From NCBI GenBank assembly GCA_015059375.1, contig SVAN01000001.1, positions 20,179 to 84,178 of the forward strand: a DNA stretch of 64,000 nucleotides, read 5' to 3'. The DNA comes from Bacillota bacterium (GTDB lineage Bacteria; Bacillota_I; Bacilli_A; RF39; UBA660). The notes beneath the pieces were generated by a model that saw nothing but the letters and a program-made list of their open reading frames with translations, made no database searches and had not been told where the DNA came from. Shown here one piece after another: positions 37,815-48,644 of this stretch (within the stretch, counting starts at the first letter, position 1; every line of letters starts with the position of its first letter). The translations under genes and the position numbers were made by a program.

Positions 37815-38348
37815 TTATTTTTCATAATCATATTCTTTAAGTAATTCTTCAAATTCGCTACTGTCAAAAATTCCCTTGGAATTGATAATTACTTTTTCGA
37901 TTTGATTATTTTTAAAATATAATATACATGGTGTATTTTTAATCTTTGTAGTATTAAACGCATCATTTAGCTTGGTTGTTATGTCTTTGTCATTTTGATA
38001 ATCGGTAATGTTAATATAGTAAAATTCATCTTTTAAAGCATAACTGTCAATGGTTTTTTTTAGTTTTTTCTCCAGTTTATAAATATCTTCGTTATTATTA
38101 TAACTGATATATACAAAATATTCACTCGGAGATTCCTTTAAAACTTGAACGATTTCATTTATATCGCTTATTTCATTGGCAATTGTATTGGTAGAAATTA
38201 GATAGCTTGTCATGAATTTCTCTGTTTGTTTTACGTTGTACCAGCTAAGAACGTACCAAATAAGTAGAATAATGGCAATAATTAGAAAAGCTCCATAAAT
38301 ATAATTTCTGCTGGGAATATATTTGTTATTGTTGATCTTTTTTTGCAT
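37815..38348 (-). CDS. membrane-anchored thioredoxin-fold protein, CxxC lost (paralog 3)
   Basis: N-terminal TM; C-terminal …TPCILYFKNNQIEKVI… matches the cis-Pro/β-strand region of the other two paralogs. No CxxC. Confidence 0.3.
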   Translation of the reverse strand: MQKKINNNKYIPSRNYIYGAFLIIAIILLIWYVLSWYNVKQTEKFMTSYLISTNTIANEISDINEIVQVLKESPSEYFVYISYNNNEDIYKLEKKLKKTIDSYALKDEFYYINITDYQNDKDITTKLNDAFNTTKIKNTPCILYFKNNQIEKVIINSKGIFDSSEFEELLKEYDYEK

Positions 38349-38415
38349 TATTCATCACCTCCCTTATTTTACCAAATTATAATTTTAAAGTAAATGTAAA
38401 ACAAAGTTTACAATG

Positions 38416-40704
38416 TTATTCTTGGGTGTCGTCTTGCATTTTGATTAGAACTTCACGGGGTTTAGATCCGTTTTGAGGACCGATAATTCCTCGGGCTTCC
38501 AACAAATCCACCATGCGGGCAGCTCGGTTGTATCCGAAGCGAAATCGCCTTTGAATTAAAGATGCGCTTATTTTCCCAGTTTGGATGGCAAATTCCACGA
38601 TTTCGTCATACATTGGATCGTCATCGCCGCCATCACTATTGGAACTACCAGAAGAGGAGGTGTGAATGTCTTCATTAGTAAATTCTTCGTTGTATTTCGC
38701 TGTTGCCTGAGTTTTACAATATTCAATTAATTTGCTAATTTCTCCATCAGAAATAAAGCAACCTTGAATTCTTGTTGGAACACTTTGTCCCATTGGGGCA
38801 TATAACATATCACCACGACCAAGTAATTTTTCCGCTCCTGCGGCATCTAATATTGTTCGAGAGTCAATTGAGGATGATACCGCAAAGGCAATTCTAGAAG
38901 GGATATTATTTTTAATTACACCAGTAATGATATCAGTTGATGGTCTTTGTGTTGCAACAATTAAATGAATTCCAGCAGCTCTAGCCATTTGTGTAATTCT
39001 CATTATAGAATCTTGAACTTCTTTAGAGGCTACCAACATTAAATCTGCAAGTTCATCGATGATTACTACAATATATGGCATTTTTGGCATTTTATTATCA
39101 AGATGTTTTTTATTTTCTCTTTCAACCCATTCATTGTATCCAGCAATGTTTTTAAATTCTTTCTCTGCAAAAAGTTCATAACGATTTTCCATTTCGGCTA
39201 CAATTTTTTGTAATTTAGCATTAGCTTTTTTCGGATCGGTAACTACAGGACATAATAGGTGAGGAGTTCCGTTATAATTTGATAATTCAACTTTTTTCGG
39301 ATCTACTAACATTAATTTAACTTCATTAGGTTTGTATCGCATTAAGATTGAGGCAATAATACTATTGATACACACAGATTTACCAGAACCAGTAGAACCT
39401 GCTACTAAAAGGTGTGGCATCTTTGCTAAATCTGCTAAAATAGCTTTACCCATGATATCTTTTCCAAGAGCAACAAGGATTTTGTTGTCACTTTTAGTAT
39501 TCATTGTACTTTCTAAAACTTCTCGGATTCCGACACTAGCAATTTCTCGATTTGGTATTTCAATTCCAATCGTATTTTTTCCGGGAATTGGAGCTTGAAT
39601 TCTGACGTCTTTTGCAGCCATCGCTAAAGCAATTTCTTTATTGATATTTGTTATACGATTAACTTTTGTACCATTAGGAACTGTAATTTCATATTCTGTT
39701 ACTGCTGGCCCAATATGTATTTCAACTACTTGAGCTTTAATTTCAAAATCGTTTAAAACTCTTTCTAGGGTTTCTTGATTACTCCGGATAAATGCTTCTT
39801 CACTATTAGTTTTATTTTTAGGGGTAGGGGTTAATAAATCAAATTTAGGTAACCGATAATTTGTAGTATCAACATCTTCTTCTTTGACTTCATCATCAAA
39901 AGAATCTTGTTTGATAACGGGTTCAGTATTAATACTTTTCAATTCATCAATACTCGTTATAACAATTTTATTATCTTTTTCTTTAGGAATACTTGTTGTA
40001 GTAGGTTCGTAATTAACCGTGTTATTAATAGGAGTTTCACCTTTGATGCCTACTAATTCGTCGCCTTCGAGAATATATTCTTTATGAGCTGTAGTTTTGG
40101 GTTCTTTCTTCTCTTTCTTTAGACCAGATGTAAGCTTTTTAAATAAATCAGCAAAGGTAATATTAAAAGCTAAAATGGCAGCGAATATGCCAACGATAAT
40201 TAAAAAAATTATTGTTCCAGTTTTACCAAAGCAAGCGGCTGTAGCTCCAATTGCAATGGCACCAATTACGCCACCACCAATCACAATTGTATTGTCTCCG
40301 CTAGAAAGAATGCTGCCATCATTGGTGATAGTACCAATTCTTTCCATATAATTTTCATAGGTTATATTAATAAGCTCTTCAAAATCTTGAGTTTTATTTA
40401 AAAATTCTAAATGAGCTAAAGTAAGGATGATAAGAAGAATCAAATATATTCCAATAAGTCTTTGCGTAAAAAAATTGGGAAGTTTTCTTTTGAAGAGAGC
40501 ATAGCCCCCGAGATAAATTAAAGATAAGAGAATAATAAACCAATATTCACCACCTAAAAACATCGCAAATTCTTCGATAAATAATCCTACAAAACCAAGT
40601 CTGCCTAGACCGCAGATTCCGATTAAAATGAGAATCAATCCAACAAATTCTACACTATATGAAAAACCTTCAGAGGTTTGTTTGCTTTTCTTTTTTTTTG
40701 CCAT
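38416..40704 (-). CDS. ftsK: DNA translocase FtsK/SpoIIIE. Start at MAKKKK (after GGTGA)
   Basis: N-terminal TM segments, proline/acidic linker, motor domain with Walker A GSTGSGKS and Walker B …IVVIIDELADL…, and a C-terminal gamma winged-helix (…ASLIQRRFRFGYNRAARMVDLLE…). The ORF-track 58-aa N-extension is unsupported. Confidence 0.9.
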   Translation of the reverse strand: MAKKKKSKQTSEGFSYSVEFVGLILILIGICGLGRLGFVGLFIEEFAMFLGGEYWFIILLSLIYLGGYALFKRKLPNFFTQRLIGIYLILLIILTLAHLEFLNKTQDFEELINITYENYMERIGTITNDGSILSSGDNTIVIGGGVIGAIAIGATAACFGKTGTIIFLIIVGIFAAILAFNITFADLFKKLTSGLKKEKKEPKTTAHKEYILEGDELVGIKGETPINNTVNYEPTTTSIPKEKDNKIVITSIDELKSINTEPVIKQDSFDDEVKEEDVDTTNYRLPKFDLLTPTPKNKTNSEEAFIRSNQETLERVLNDFEIKAQVVEIHIGPAVTEYEITVPNGTKVNRITNINKEIALAMAAKDVRIQAPIPGKNTIGIEIPNREIASVGIREVLESTMNTKSDNKILVALGKDIMGKAILADLAKMPHLLVAGSTGSGKSVCINSIIASILMRYKPNEVKLMLVDPKKVELSNYNGTPHLLCPVVTDPKKANAKLQKIVAEMENRYELFAEKEFKNIAGYNEWVERENKKHLDNKMPKMPYIVVIIDELADLMLVASKEVQDSIMRITQMARAAGIHLIVATQRPSTDIITGVIKNNIPSRIAFAVSSSIDSRTILDAAGAEKLLGRGDMLYAPMGQSVPTRIQGCFISDGEISKLIEYCKTQATAKYNEEFTNEDIHTSSSGSSNSDGGDDDPMYDEIVEFAIQTGKISASLIQRRFRFGYNRAARMVDLLEARGIIGPQNGSKPREVLIKMQDDTQE

Positions 40705-40820
40705 TTTATCTTCACCATAACAATTATATCTTAAAAAGCATATATTTGCAAAGAGAATATATTTGATATTTCCTAGACAAATTGCGGAATTTTCCTTATA
40801 ATTATGGGAGGTGAGAGAAG

Positions 40821-41843
40821 ATGAATATAGAACTTTATAATTATGATTTGCCTGAAGAATTAATTGCTCAAACGCCAATTGACAATCGTAGTGAATCTAA
40901 ATTGTTAGTTATGGATAAGGTGACAGGTAAAATCGAAGATAAAATTTTTAAAGATATTAAAGACTACTTTCATGAGGGTGATGTTTTAGTTTTAAATGAT
41001 ACAAAAGTCTTACCTGCAAGAATTTTTGGCAATAAAATTGACACTAATGCGCACATCGAGATTTTGCTTCTTAAAAACATCGAGGGTGATAATTGGGAGT
41101 GTTTATCACGACCTTTTAAACGGCTAAATATTGGAACAAAAATTAAATTTGGTGATGAATTAATTGGTGAAGTTCTTCAAAAAAAAGAAGAGGGAATAGT
41201 TGTTATTAAATTCTCATATCAAGGAATTTTTATTGAAATCATTGAGCGCCTTGGTTTGATGCCGTTACCTCCGTATATTCATACTACTCTCGAAGATCAA
41301 ACCCGTTATCAAACTGTTTATGCAAGATACTTAGGAAGTGCGGCTGCTCCAACCGCTGGGCTTCATTTTACTAAAGAACTTTTAAAAGAAATCGAACAAT
41401 TGGGAGTTGAAGTTTTATATGTTACATTACACGTTGGCTTAGGAACTTTTAGACCTGTTCAAGAAGAAGATATTACTAAACATGTTATGCATAGCGAACA
41501 CTATAAGATGACTTTGGAAGTGGCAAATAGTTTAAATAAGGCTAAAAAAGAAGGAAGAAAAATATATGCAGTAGGAACTACTTCTACTAGAACTTTAGAA
41601 TCAATAATGACTAAATATGGAGAATTTGTTGAATGCGAAGAGGATACAAATATTTATATTTATCCTGGGTATTCATTTAAGGCAATTGATGGTTTGATAA
41701 CAAATTTCCATTTACCTAAAAGTACATTATTAATGCTCGTAAGTGCTTTTAGTACTAGAGAAAATATGTTGAAAGCGTATGACCACGCAATTAAGCAAAA
41801 TTATCGTTTCTTTTCTTTTGGCGATGCAATGTTAATAAAATAA
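40821..41843 (+). CDS. queA: S-adenosylmethionine:tRNA ribosyltransferase-isomerase QueA
   Basis: MNIELYNYDLPEELIAQTPI…; …GTTSTRTLE…. Confidence 0.9.
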   Translation: MNIELYNYDLPEELIAQTPIDNRSESKLLVMDKVTGKIEDKIFKDIKDYFHEGDVLVLNDTKVLPARIFGNKIDTNAHIEILLLKNIEGDNWECLSRPFKRLNIGTKIKFGDELIGEVLQKKEEGIVVIKFSYQGIFIEIIERLGLMPLPPYIHTTLEDQTRYQTVYARYLGSAAAPTAGLHFTKELLKEIEQLGVEVLYVTLHVGLGTFRPVQEEDITKHVMHSEHYKMTLEVANSLNKAKKEGRKIYAVGTTSTRTLESIMTKYGEFVECEEDTNIYIYPGYSFKAIDGLITNFHLPKSTLLMLVSAFSTRENMLKAYDHAIKQNYRFFSFGDAMLIK

Positions 41844-41884
41844 AAAAAGGTAGAGTTTGATAAAATTCTACCTTTTTATACGAT
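41844..41884. terminator. bidirectional terminator
   Basis: AAAAAGGTAGA-gtttgataaaatt-TCTACCTTTTT. Confidence 0.45.
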
Positions 41885-42305
41885 TTAGAGCCCATAAATC
41901 ATCAGGAACATCAAGCAAAGTTGAATAAAGTTCTTTTTCATAATGAATTAAAAAATGGTCATATATTCGAAAATTTGAAAGACACAAGTTTTTTATTTCA
42001 TCCTTAGTATTTCCTGCTTCATAAGCTTCTAAAAAATAAAAGTTTGGATCAACCATTTTAATATAAAAATAAATTTTTTCTGTAGGTGTTACAGCTGTAT
42101 AACGGCCATTAGATGTAAACAATCTTTCCGCAGTAAATGTCATAAATGATATTAGGCCAGCGCTATTATTAGTAAAATAATAACGCCATTTTTCTACCGC
42201 CTCATCTAATTCAATCATTTTATCTGAGTCTAAATTGGTAAAATCTACGTTATTAACTGAACGATAAAAATTTAAAATTACACTTTTATTTGGTAATGCT
42301 ACCAT
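41868..42305 (-). CDS. hypothetical protein (145 aa) inserted between queA and tgt
   Basis: Clean ORF on the opposite strand to its neighbours; no recognisable motifs. Confidence 0.3.
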   Translation of the reverse strand: MVALPNKSVILNFYRSVNNVDFTNLDSDKMIELDEAVEKWRYYFTNNSAGLISFMTFTAERLFTSNGRYTAVTPTEKIYFYIKMVDPNFYFLEAYEAGNTKDEIKNLCLSNFRIYDHFLIHYEKELYSTLLDVPDDLWALNRIKR

Positions 42306-42375
42306 CTAAAACCTCCCCTTTAATGGTTATATATTTTATAATAAAAGGTTATTTTTGTCAAATTATATGCTATAA

Positions 42376-43802
<1,427 letters not shown>

Positions 43803-43825
<23 letters not shown>

Positions 43826-44195
43826 AATCTATTTTTTTGTTTTTCCCAATTGTAGAACCCACTACCGAAGCAAAAATGAGAGCCATATAGTAAAATAGGG
43901 TTGCTAAAGATAAAATTTGATGGAAAAAAATAATTGTAATAGTAAATAGAATTGTTATTAAAATAATACCGTTAATTATTCCCTCTAAAAATCCTTTTTT
44001 ATTGGTTTTTTTCCCTTTTTGAAAGCCAAAAAAGAAAAATACTAATAGATTAATTATCAATATAATAATTTTAGTTAATGAAGAATTTAGACCAATAAGA
44101 TTAAAAAGACCCATAATAAAGGCTATTAAAATTTCTAATAAAGTAAAAATGCTAAAATATTTAATTGTACTCCAAACTTTTTTAATAATTATCAC
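43803..44195 (-). CDS. small four-TM membrane protein (TIGR04086/YrzE-like)
   Basis: 130 aa, four hydrophobic segments, basic loop KGKKTNKKG. Confidence 0.3.
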
Positions 44196-44259
44196 CTAGT
44201 AAAACATATGTAATGATTAAAAAAATATGTATTTATCCATAATACTATTAGGTGATCAA

Positions 44260-44904
44260 ATGGAATTGTTTAGCGTTGTAATCAGAACATTGTTTTTTTA
44301 TATCTTTATTACAATCTCTTATCGTTTGATGGGAAAAAGGGAAATTGGTCAACTGGGGGTAATTGACTTAATTGTATCAATTTTAATGGCAGAATTAGTA
44401 GCTATATCAATTGAAAATACTGAAGATCCCATGTATTTAACAATTATTCCATTATCAATTTTGGTTTTTTTAGAAATTGTTATTGCATATATTTCTGTTA
44501 AAAACCAAAAAATAAGAATCTTACTCGAAGGTAAACCATCTTTAATAATTAGTAATGGGACAATCAACTATCATGAAATGATTAAACAAAGATATACATT
44601 AAATGATTTGCTTTTACAGTTAAGACAAAAAGAAATTAAAGATATAAGTCAAGTAGAATATGCTTTTTTGGAATCGAATGGTAAACTATCTATTTTCAAA
44701 TATAAACCTTTTCAAATGAGGGGAAACTACCCAATGCCTGTTATATTGGATGGGAAAATTGAAGATACTACGCTTAAATACTTAAGGAAAAATCGACAAT
44801 GGCTAGAAAATATCTTGCTTAATCAGAATGTTGAATTAAAAAATGTTTTTTATGCATTTTATAAAAAACAAAAAATATTTATCATCAAAAAAAGTGGGTT
44901 TTAA
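44260..44904 (+). CDS. DUF421/YetF-family membrane protein (start at MELF after GGTGA)
   Basis: …YRLMGKREIGQLGVIDLIVSILMAELVA… (conserved YetF N-terminus) plus C-terminal DUF421-like domain. Confidence 0.6.
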   Translation: MELFSVVIRTLFFYIFITISYRLMGKREIGQLGVIDLIVSILMAELVAISIENTEDPMYLTIIPLSILVFLEIVIAYISVKNQKIRILLEGKPSLIISNGTINYHEMIKQRYTLNDLLLQLRQKEIKDISQVEYAFLESNGKLSIFKYKPFQMRGNYPMPVILDGKIEDTTLKYLRKNRQWLENILLNQNVELKNVFYAFYKKQKIFIIKKSGF

Positions 44905-45143
44905 TCCACTTCTTCGAATCGATAATCTTGATCAGCATTAGGATATTTTTCTGTGTCTACTTTTGATGCAAAATTTTCATAAGGCCGAACAAATACTTTT
45001 CCGTCATGGTTTGATTGGTAAACTACCATCTTTTTTAAATCGCCGTTTTTATCAGTTTCTTCGGTAGAAAAACCAATATGTAATACTTTATATACATTAC
45101 CTTTAAAATGACGATATGTCTTATTTTCAAAAATTTCTCTCAT
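44901..45143 (-). CDS. DUF1653-like small protein
   Basis: …YRHFKGNVYKVL…VVYQS… pattern, 80 aa. Confidence 0.5.
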   Translation of the reverse strand: MREIFENKTYRHFKGNVYKVLHIGFSTEETDKNGDLKKMVVYQSNHDGKVFVRPYENFASKVDTEKYPNADQDYRFEEVD

Positions 45144-45232
45144 TTTTAATCACCTAATAGTATTATACATTTAATGCTTTAAAATATCTAGATTTTATTG
45201 TATAATTAATGATAGAAAGTAGGGTTGGTAGA

Positions 45233-46174
45233 ATGAAAGCCTTATGTATAGGACGAAGTGATTATAATTTTAATGCACAAGTTGATTCTTTGACGGACGT
45301 AGAGAACCAAACTCTAAAGGAAGTCAGTGAATGTGCGGGTGGAAATGGTGTTGTCGCGGCATCCACGATAGGAAAATTAGGAATTGAAACTTATTTAGGT
45401 TCGGTTGTTGGCGATGATACATTTGGGAATATTATCAAAAAGGAATTAGAAAAAAACAGTGTTCATACGGAATACATGGAAACTGCTTACGATAAAAGAA
45501 CATCAATTTCTTTACTATTAACGAAAAAGGATACTAAAGAAAAGAGAATTTACAATATAGTTAAAGATAAACTAGTTTTAAAGAAAAATGAATTTCAAAT
45601 GTCGCCGGATTTAGTATATAGTGATGGATATGATTATGGCGCATCGTTAGCAGCATACAATAAATATAATGAAAAAATAACGATTATTAATGCCAAAATT
45701 TGTTCTAAGGAAATGGTTGAGTTATGTAAATATTGTAAGTATATTATTGCTCCCAAGGAATTTGCTGAATGGGTAAGCGGAAGCAAAATAGATTTTGATA
45801 ATTCAGGATCTTTAGTTACTGTGTTTTCTGCGTTATTAAATCGTTTTGTTCAAAAAGAAATTATCGTGACACTTGGAAATAAAGGAGCATTATATATTTT
45901 AGATGGCCAAATCAAAGTAATGCCTGGTTTAACAGTTGAACCTGTTGATACAACGGGAGCTGGGGATGTTTTTGGCGGGGCCTTTGCTTACGCTTTATTA
46001 CAAGGTTATGATTTAGAAAAAGCGATTACATTTGCTAATATTGCAGGCGGTCTTTCGGTAACAAAAGTGGGAACGAAAGAATCGATTCCTGATTTAAATG
46101 AAATAATGAGTTATTTCAATCAAAAATATGGTGTTACACAGCCGGTAGCTGAAACTGGACCAGAAACATTATAA
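45233..46174 (+). CDS. PfkB-family carbohydrate/nucleoside kinase (ribokinase-like)
   Basis: …ECAGGNGVVAA… (N-terminal GG motif) and …DTTGAGDVFGGAFAYALL… (PfkB signature 2). Confidence 0.7.
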   Translation: MKALCIGRSDYNFNAQVDSLTDVENQTLKEVSECAGGNGVVAASTIGKLGIETYLGSVVGDDTFGNIIKKELEKNSVHTEYMETAYDKRTSISLLLTKKDTKEKRIYNIVKDKLVLKKNEFQMSPDLVYSDGYDYGASLAAYNKYNEKITIINAKICSKEMVELCKYCKYIIAPKEFAEWVSGSKIDFDNSGSLVTVFSALLNRFVQKEIIVTLGNKGALYILDGQIKVMPGLTVEPVDTTGAGDVFGGAFAYALLQGYDLEKAITFANIAGGLSVTKVGTKESIPDLNEIMSYFNQKYGVTQPVAETGPETL

Positions 46175-46179
46175 GTATT

Positions 46180-46434
46180 ATGATCATTGTTACAAAAATG
46201 ACGCCAACTCTAGATTTGCATGGGGAAATAACATCAATGGTGGAAGTTTTGGTTCAAGAATTTATTAACGATAATGTTAAAATGAAGAAAAATGTTGTAC
46301 TAATAATTCATGGAAAAAGCACAAATATATTAACTAAAGAAGTTCACGCGGTCTTGATGAATAATAAGAATGTTAAATCGTTTAAATTAGATAATTGGAA
46401 TTTAGGCCAAACCATTGTCGAATTAAAAATTTGA
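46180..46434 (+). CDS. Smr-domain small protein
   Basis: TLDLHGEIT… (the LDLHG motif of Smr/MutS2 C-terminal domains); 84 aa. Confidence 0.55.
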   Translation: MIIVTKMTPTLDLHGEITSMVEVLVQEFINDNVKMKKNVVLIIHGKSTNILTKEVHAVLMNNKNVKSFKLDNWNLGQTIVELKI

Positions 46435-46484
46435 CATTTTTTTATTTTGCGTTAAAATATATAACTACATACGGAGGAAATTAT

Positions 46485-47138
46485 ATGTCTAGAGATTATA
46501 AAAAAGAATTTGAAGATAGATGTCTTACTTGTAAAAAATATGATATTTATAGTAAATCTGACGCTACAGTACGCGGTTTTCGTTGTAAACGTTTATTACG
46601 CCCAGTTGCGATGGATAGCCATTGCTATCAATATGATGAGGATCGTATTAGATCCAACTCTTCGATTGAAGATGCTGTTGAGTGGATTTTAAGAAGAGGA
46701 TATGATCCGCGTCCTGATTGTTATGTGACAACAGCGATATGTGAAATCTTGGGAATGCCATATAATCATGAATATATAACGAATTTTAAACGTTTAAGAA
46801 GTGAATATATGGAAAGTTTTGCAGAAGGAAAAAAACTAATTGATGCTTACGATGTTTATGGATTAATGATTGCCGAAGAACTTCGCAAGAGATATTCTAA
46901 TTCAGAAACAAAAGAAGCAACGCTAAAGGCTATAAGGGATGTTTTAGAACCAGGATATCTTGCTACAGTAAATAGTTTGATAAAGTCTGGCAATATGCCA
47001 ATGGCAATGTATACATATTTCCAAATGATAAATATGTTGGCGATGCAATATAATATTGATTATACATTTAATGTTGAACAAGTTGAGCTAGAACAAACAG
47101 CTGAATATTCAAGAGGAACTTCATATCAAGGTGCTTAA
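46485..47138 (+). CDS. Cys-rich hypothetical protein (putative zinc ribbon + helical domain). Start after GGAGG
   Basis: CLTCKK…C…C (N-terminal zinc-ribbon-like), …DCYVTTAICEILG…; no family recognised. Promoter TTGACA-17-TAAAAT lies just upstream, overlapping the Smr gene's 3' end. Confidence 0.3.
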   Translation: MSRDYKKEFEDRCLTCKKYDIYSKSDATVRGFRCKRLLRPVAMDSHCYQYDEDRIRSNSSIEDAVEWILRRGYDPRPDCYVTTAICEILGMPYNHEYITNFKRLRSEYMESFAEGKKLIDAYDVYGLMIAEELRKRYSNSETKEATLKAIRDVLEPGYLATVNSLIKSGNMPMAMYTYFQMINMLAMQYNIDYTFNVEQVELEQTAEYSRGTSYQGA

Positions 47139-47160
47139 AAAGCACTTTTTTATTTTTTCT

Positions 47161-47248
47161 TGACAAATAAATTAGATAGGTAGTATAATTTAATCCCATC
47201 GTGGAAAACTATAATTAGACACAAATTTGACATTTGCAAACAAATGTG
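47161..47248 (+). promoter_or_regulatory. two tandem consensus sigma-A promoters with an inverted repeat (candidate operator)
   Basis: P1 is TTGACA, 18 nt, TATAAT. P2 is TTGACA, 17 nt, TATACT, with the palindrome CATTTG-CAAA-CAAATG embedded in its spacer (CAAATTTG lies just upstream). Confidence 0.45.
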
Positions 47249-47281
47249 CTATACTTATCGTAATTAAGGGGGTAAATAATT

Positions 47282-47701
47282 ATGAAGGGATACGTTTTAG
47301 ATTACGTTAATGAGAATGAATTTAGAAAGTTAGAAAGGGCTTTAAAGAAGTATAATATGATGGCATTCAAAAAATTAAATTTTGAATATTACCCATCAAT
47401 TAGAAATGGTAAGTTTATTGGGGAAATGGTTTCAAGTAATAAGAAAAATGGAACAGAAACATATGAACTTAAATTACCAAGTGATAAGCTATTTGCTCAA
47501 ATTCATGGTGAAGTTAAATTAATTTATACAATTCATAAAAAACAAGGCGTTGCAATGTTAGAAACATTAACTCCGGAAGATATTCTTTTAGAAGGACATA
47601 GAAGTGAATTAACTACCTATAAAGGAATTATGATTTCTAAAGAAAATGCCTCAAAAGATATGTTTAAAATTGATTTATTAAATATGATTCAAGGAAAATA
47701 A
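47282..47701 (+). CDS. hypothetical protein, possible RelE/ParE-fold toxin-like C-terminal half
   Basis: C-terminal …GEVKLIYTIHKKQGVAMLETLTPEDILLEGHRSELTTYKG has the β-strand–His–Tyr flavour of RelE/ParE/YoeB toxins; N-terminal 45 aa unrelated. Weak. Confidence 0.25.
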   Translation: MKGYVLDYVNENEFRKLERALKKYNMMAFKKLNFEYYPSIRNGKFIGEMVSSNKKNGTETYELKLPSDKLFAQIHGEVKLIYTIHKKQGVAMLETLTPEDILLEGHRSELTTYKGIMISKENASKDMFKIDLLNMIQGK

Positions 47702-47771
47702 GGCTTAATGTCTTATTTTTTTATTGATTTTTAAGCTTAATTATTATATAATTACTTTGTCGCAAAGATGA

Positions 47772-47848
47772 GGGCCTCTAGCTCAGTTGGTTAGAGCACT
47801 CGGCTCATAACCGATCGGTCATAGGTTCGAGTCCTATGAGGCCCACCA
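47772..47848 (+). tRNA. tRNA with CAT anticodon, most like tRNA-Ile2 (lysidine) and less likely elongator Met
   Basis: GGGCCTCTAGCTCAGTTGGTTAGAGCACTCGGCTCATAACCGATCGGTCATAGGTTCGAGTCCTATGAGGCCCACCA: anticodon loop CTCATAA. The body resembles the Bacillus tRNA-Ile(CAU) class rather than initiator (no CGCGGGG). Confidence 0.75.
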
Positions 47849-47851
47849 TAT

Positions 47852-47935
47852 GCGGGTGTGGCGGAACTGGTAGACGCGCTAGACTTAGGATCTAGTGGAT
47901 TATCCGTGGGGGTTCGAGTCCCTTCACCCGCACCA
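47852..47935 (+). tRNA. tRNA-Leu (anticodon TAG), long variable arm
   Basis: GCGGGTGTGGCGGAACTGGTAGACGCGCTAGACTTAGGATCTAG-TGGATTATCCGT-GGGGGTTCGAGTCCCTTCACCCGCACCA. Confidence 0.85.
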
Positions 47936-47941
47936 TGAGGT

Positions 47942-47976
47942 TATTACCTGAACACAGCTGTTGTTCAGGTTTTTAT
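47942..47976 (+). terminator. rho-independent terminator after the tRNA pair
   Basis: CCTGAACA-cagctgttg-TTCAGG followed by TTTTTATTT. Confidence 0.55.
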
Positions 47977-48180
47977 TTGAAATGCATAATATTTTCCAAA
48001 TATTGTGTACTTTATCTTGGGTTAATGCCACTGATGATTTAATTAATTAGGGAGAAAAAATTTAAATAGTAATTGTTAAATAATTAAATGAATTTAGTAA
48101 TAACATCCAAAGCTTGATATATTATATTGAAACTTTACAAATAAAAAAATTATTATATATTCATAATAAGTGATATTATC

Positions 48181-48549
48181 ATGGAACAAAAAATAAAAGA
48201 ATTTGATCTTGGTGTGATTTTGACTATCACAACAGGAAGACTCTTTGCTCATTATGACGAAATCTATGATGTTTTAAATTATTTGACTGGGGGTACTATT
48301 CATACACATCAAATGCCAAGAGTATCAGAAATAGCAAAGAATTATGTGTTATCTTTGCATCCAGAACTTAAAGGTGTTGGTTTATATACAGTTATTAATA
48401 CTTGGGATGATGTAAAAGCCTTTGTCGACATTCAAAAGGAAATTTTTGGTGAAAAAATTGCTTTATCTCCAATGTCAAATTCTGATGGTTATGTTTATGT
48501 TGATCCAAAAGATGAAGCAAGTGAATTAATGTCAAACAAAAGAAAATAA
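48181..48549 (+). CDS. hypothetical protein (122 aa)
   Basis: Clean ORF followed by the terminator AAACAGACC…GGTCTGTTTTATTTT at ~48566-48608; no motif recognised. Confidence 0.3.
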   Translation: MEQKIKEFDLGVILTITTGRLFAHYDEIYDVLNYLTGGTIHTHQMPRVSEIAKNYVLSLHPELKGVGLYTVINTWDDVKAFVDIQKEIFGEKIALSPMSNSDGYVYVDPKDEASELMSNKRK

Positions 48550-48644
48550 ATTTGTAATTATAAAAACAGACCTCAAAATTATTAATTTAATTTGGTCTGT
48601 TTTATTTTGAAATAATTATGGTATACTCAAAATGGAGGATAAAA

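Noticed and set aside
47976-48180. Very AT-rich 200-nt spacer after the tRNA terminator, considered as a possible ncRNA or CRISPR leader
   Set aside because: No repeats, no conserved structure and no CRISPR array anywhere in the window. It is most simply the promoter/UTR region of the 48181 gene.
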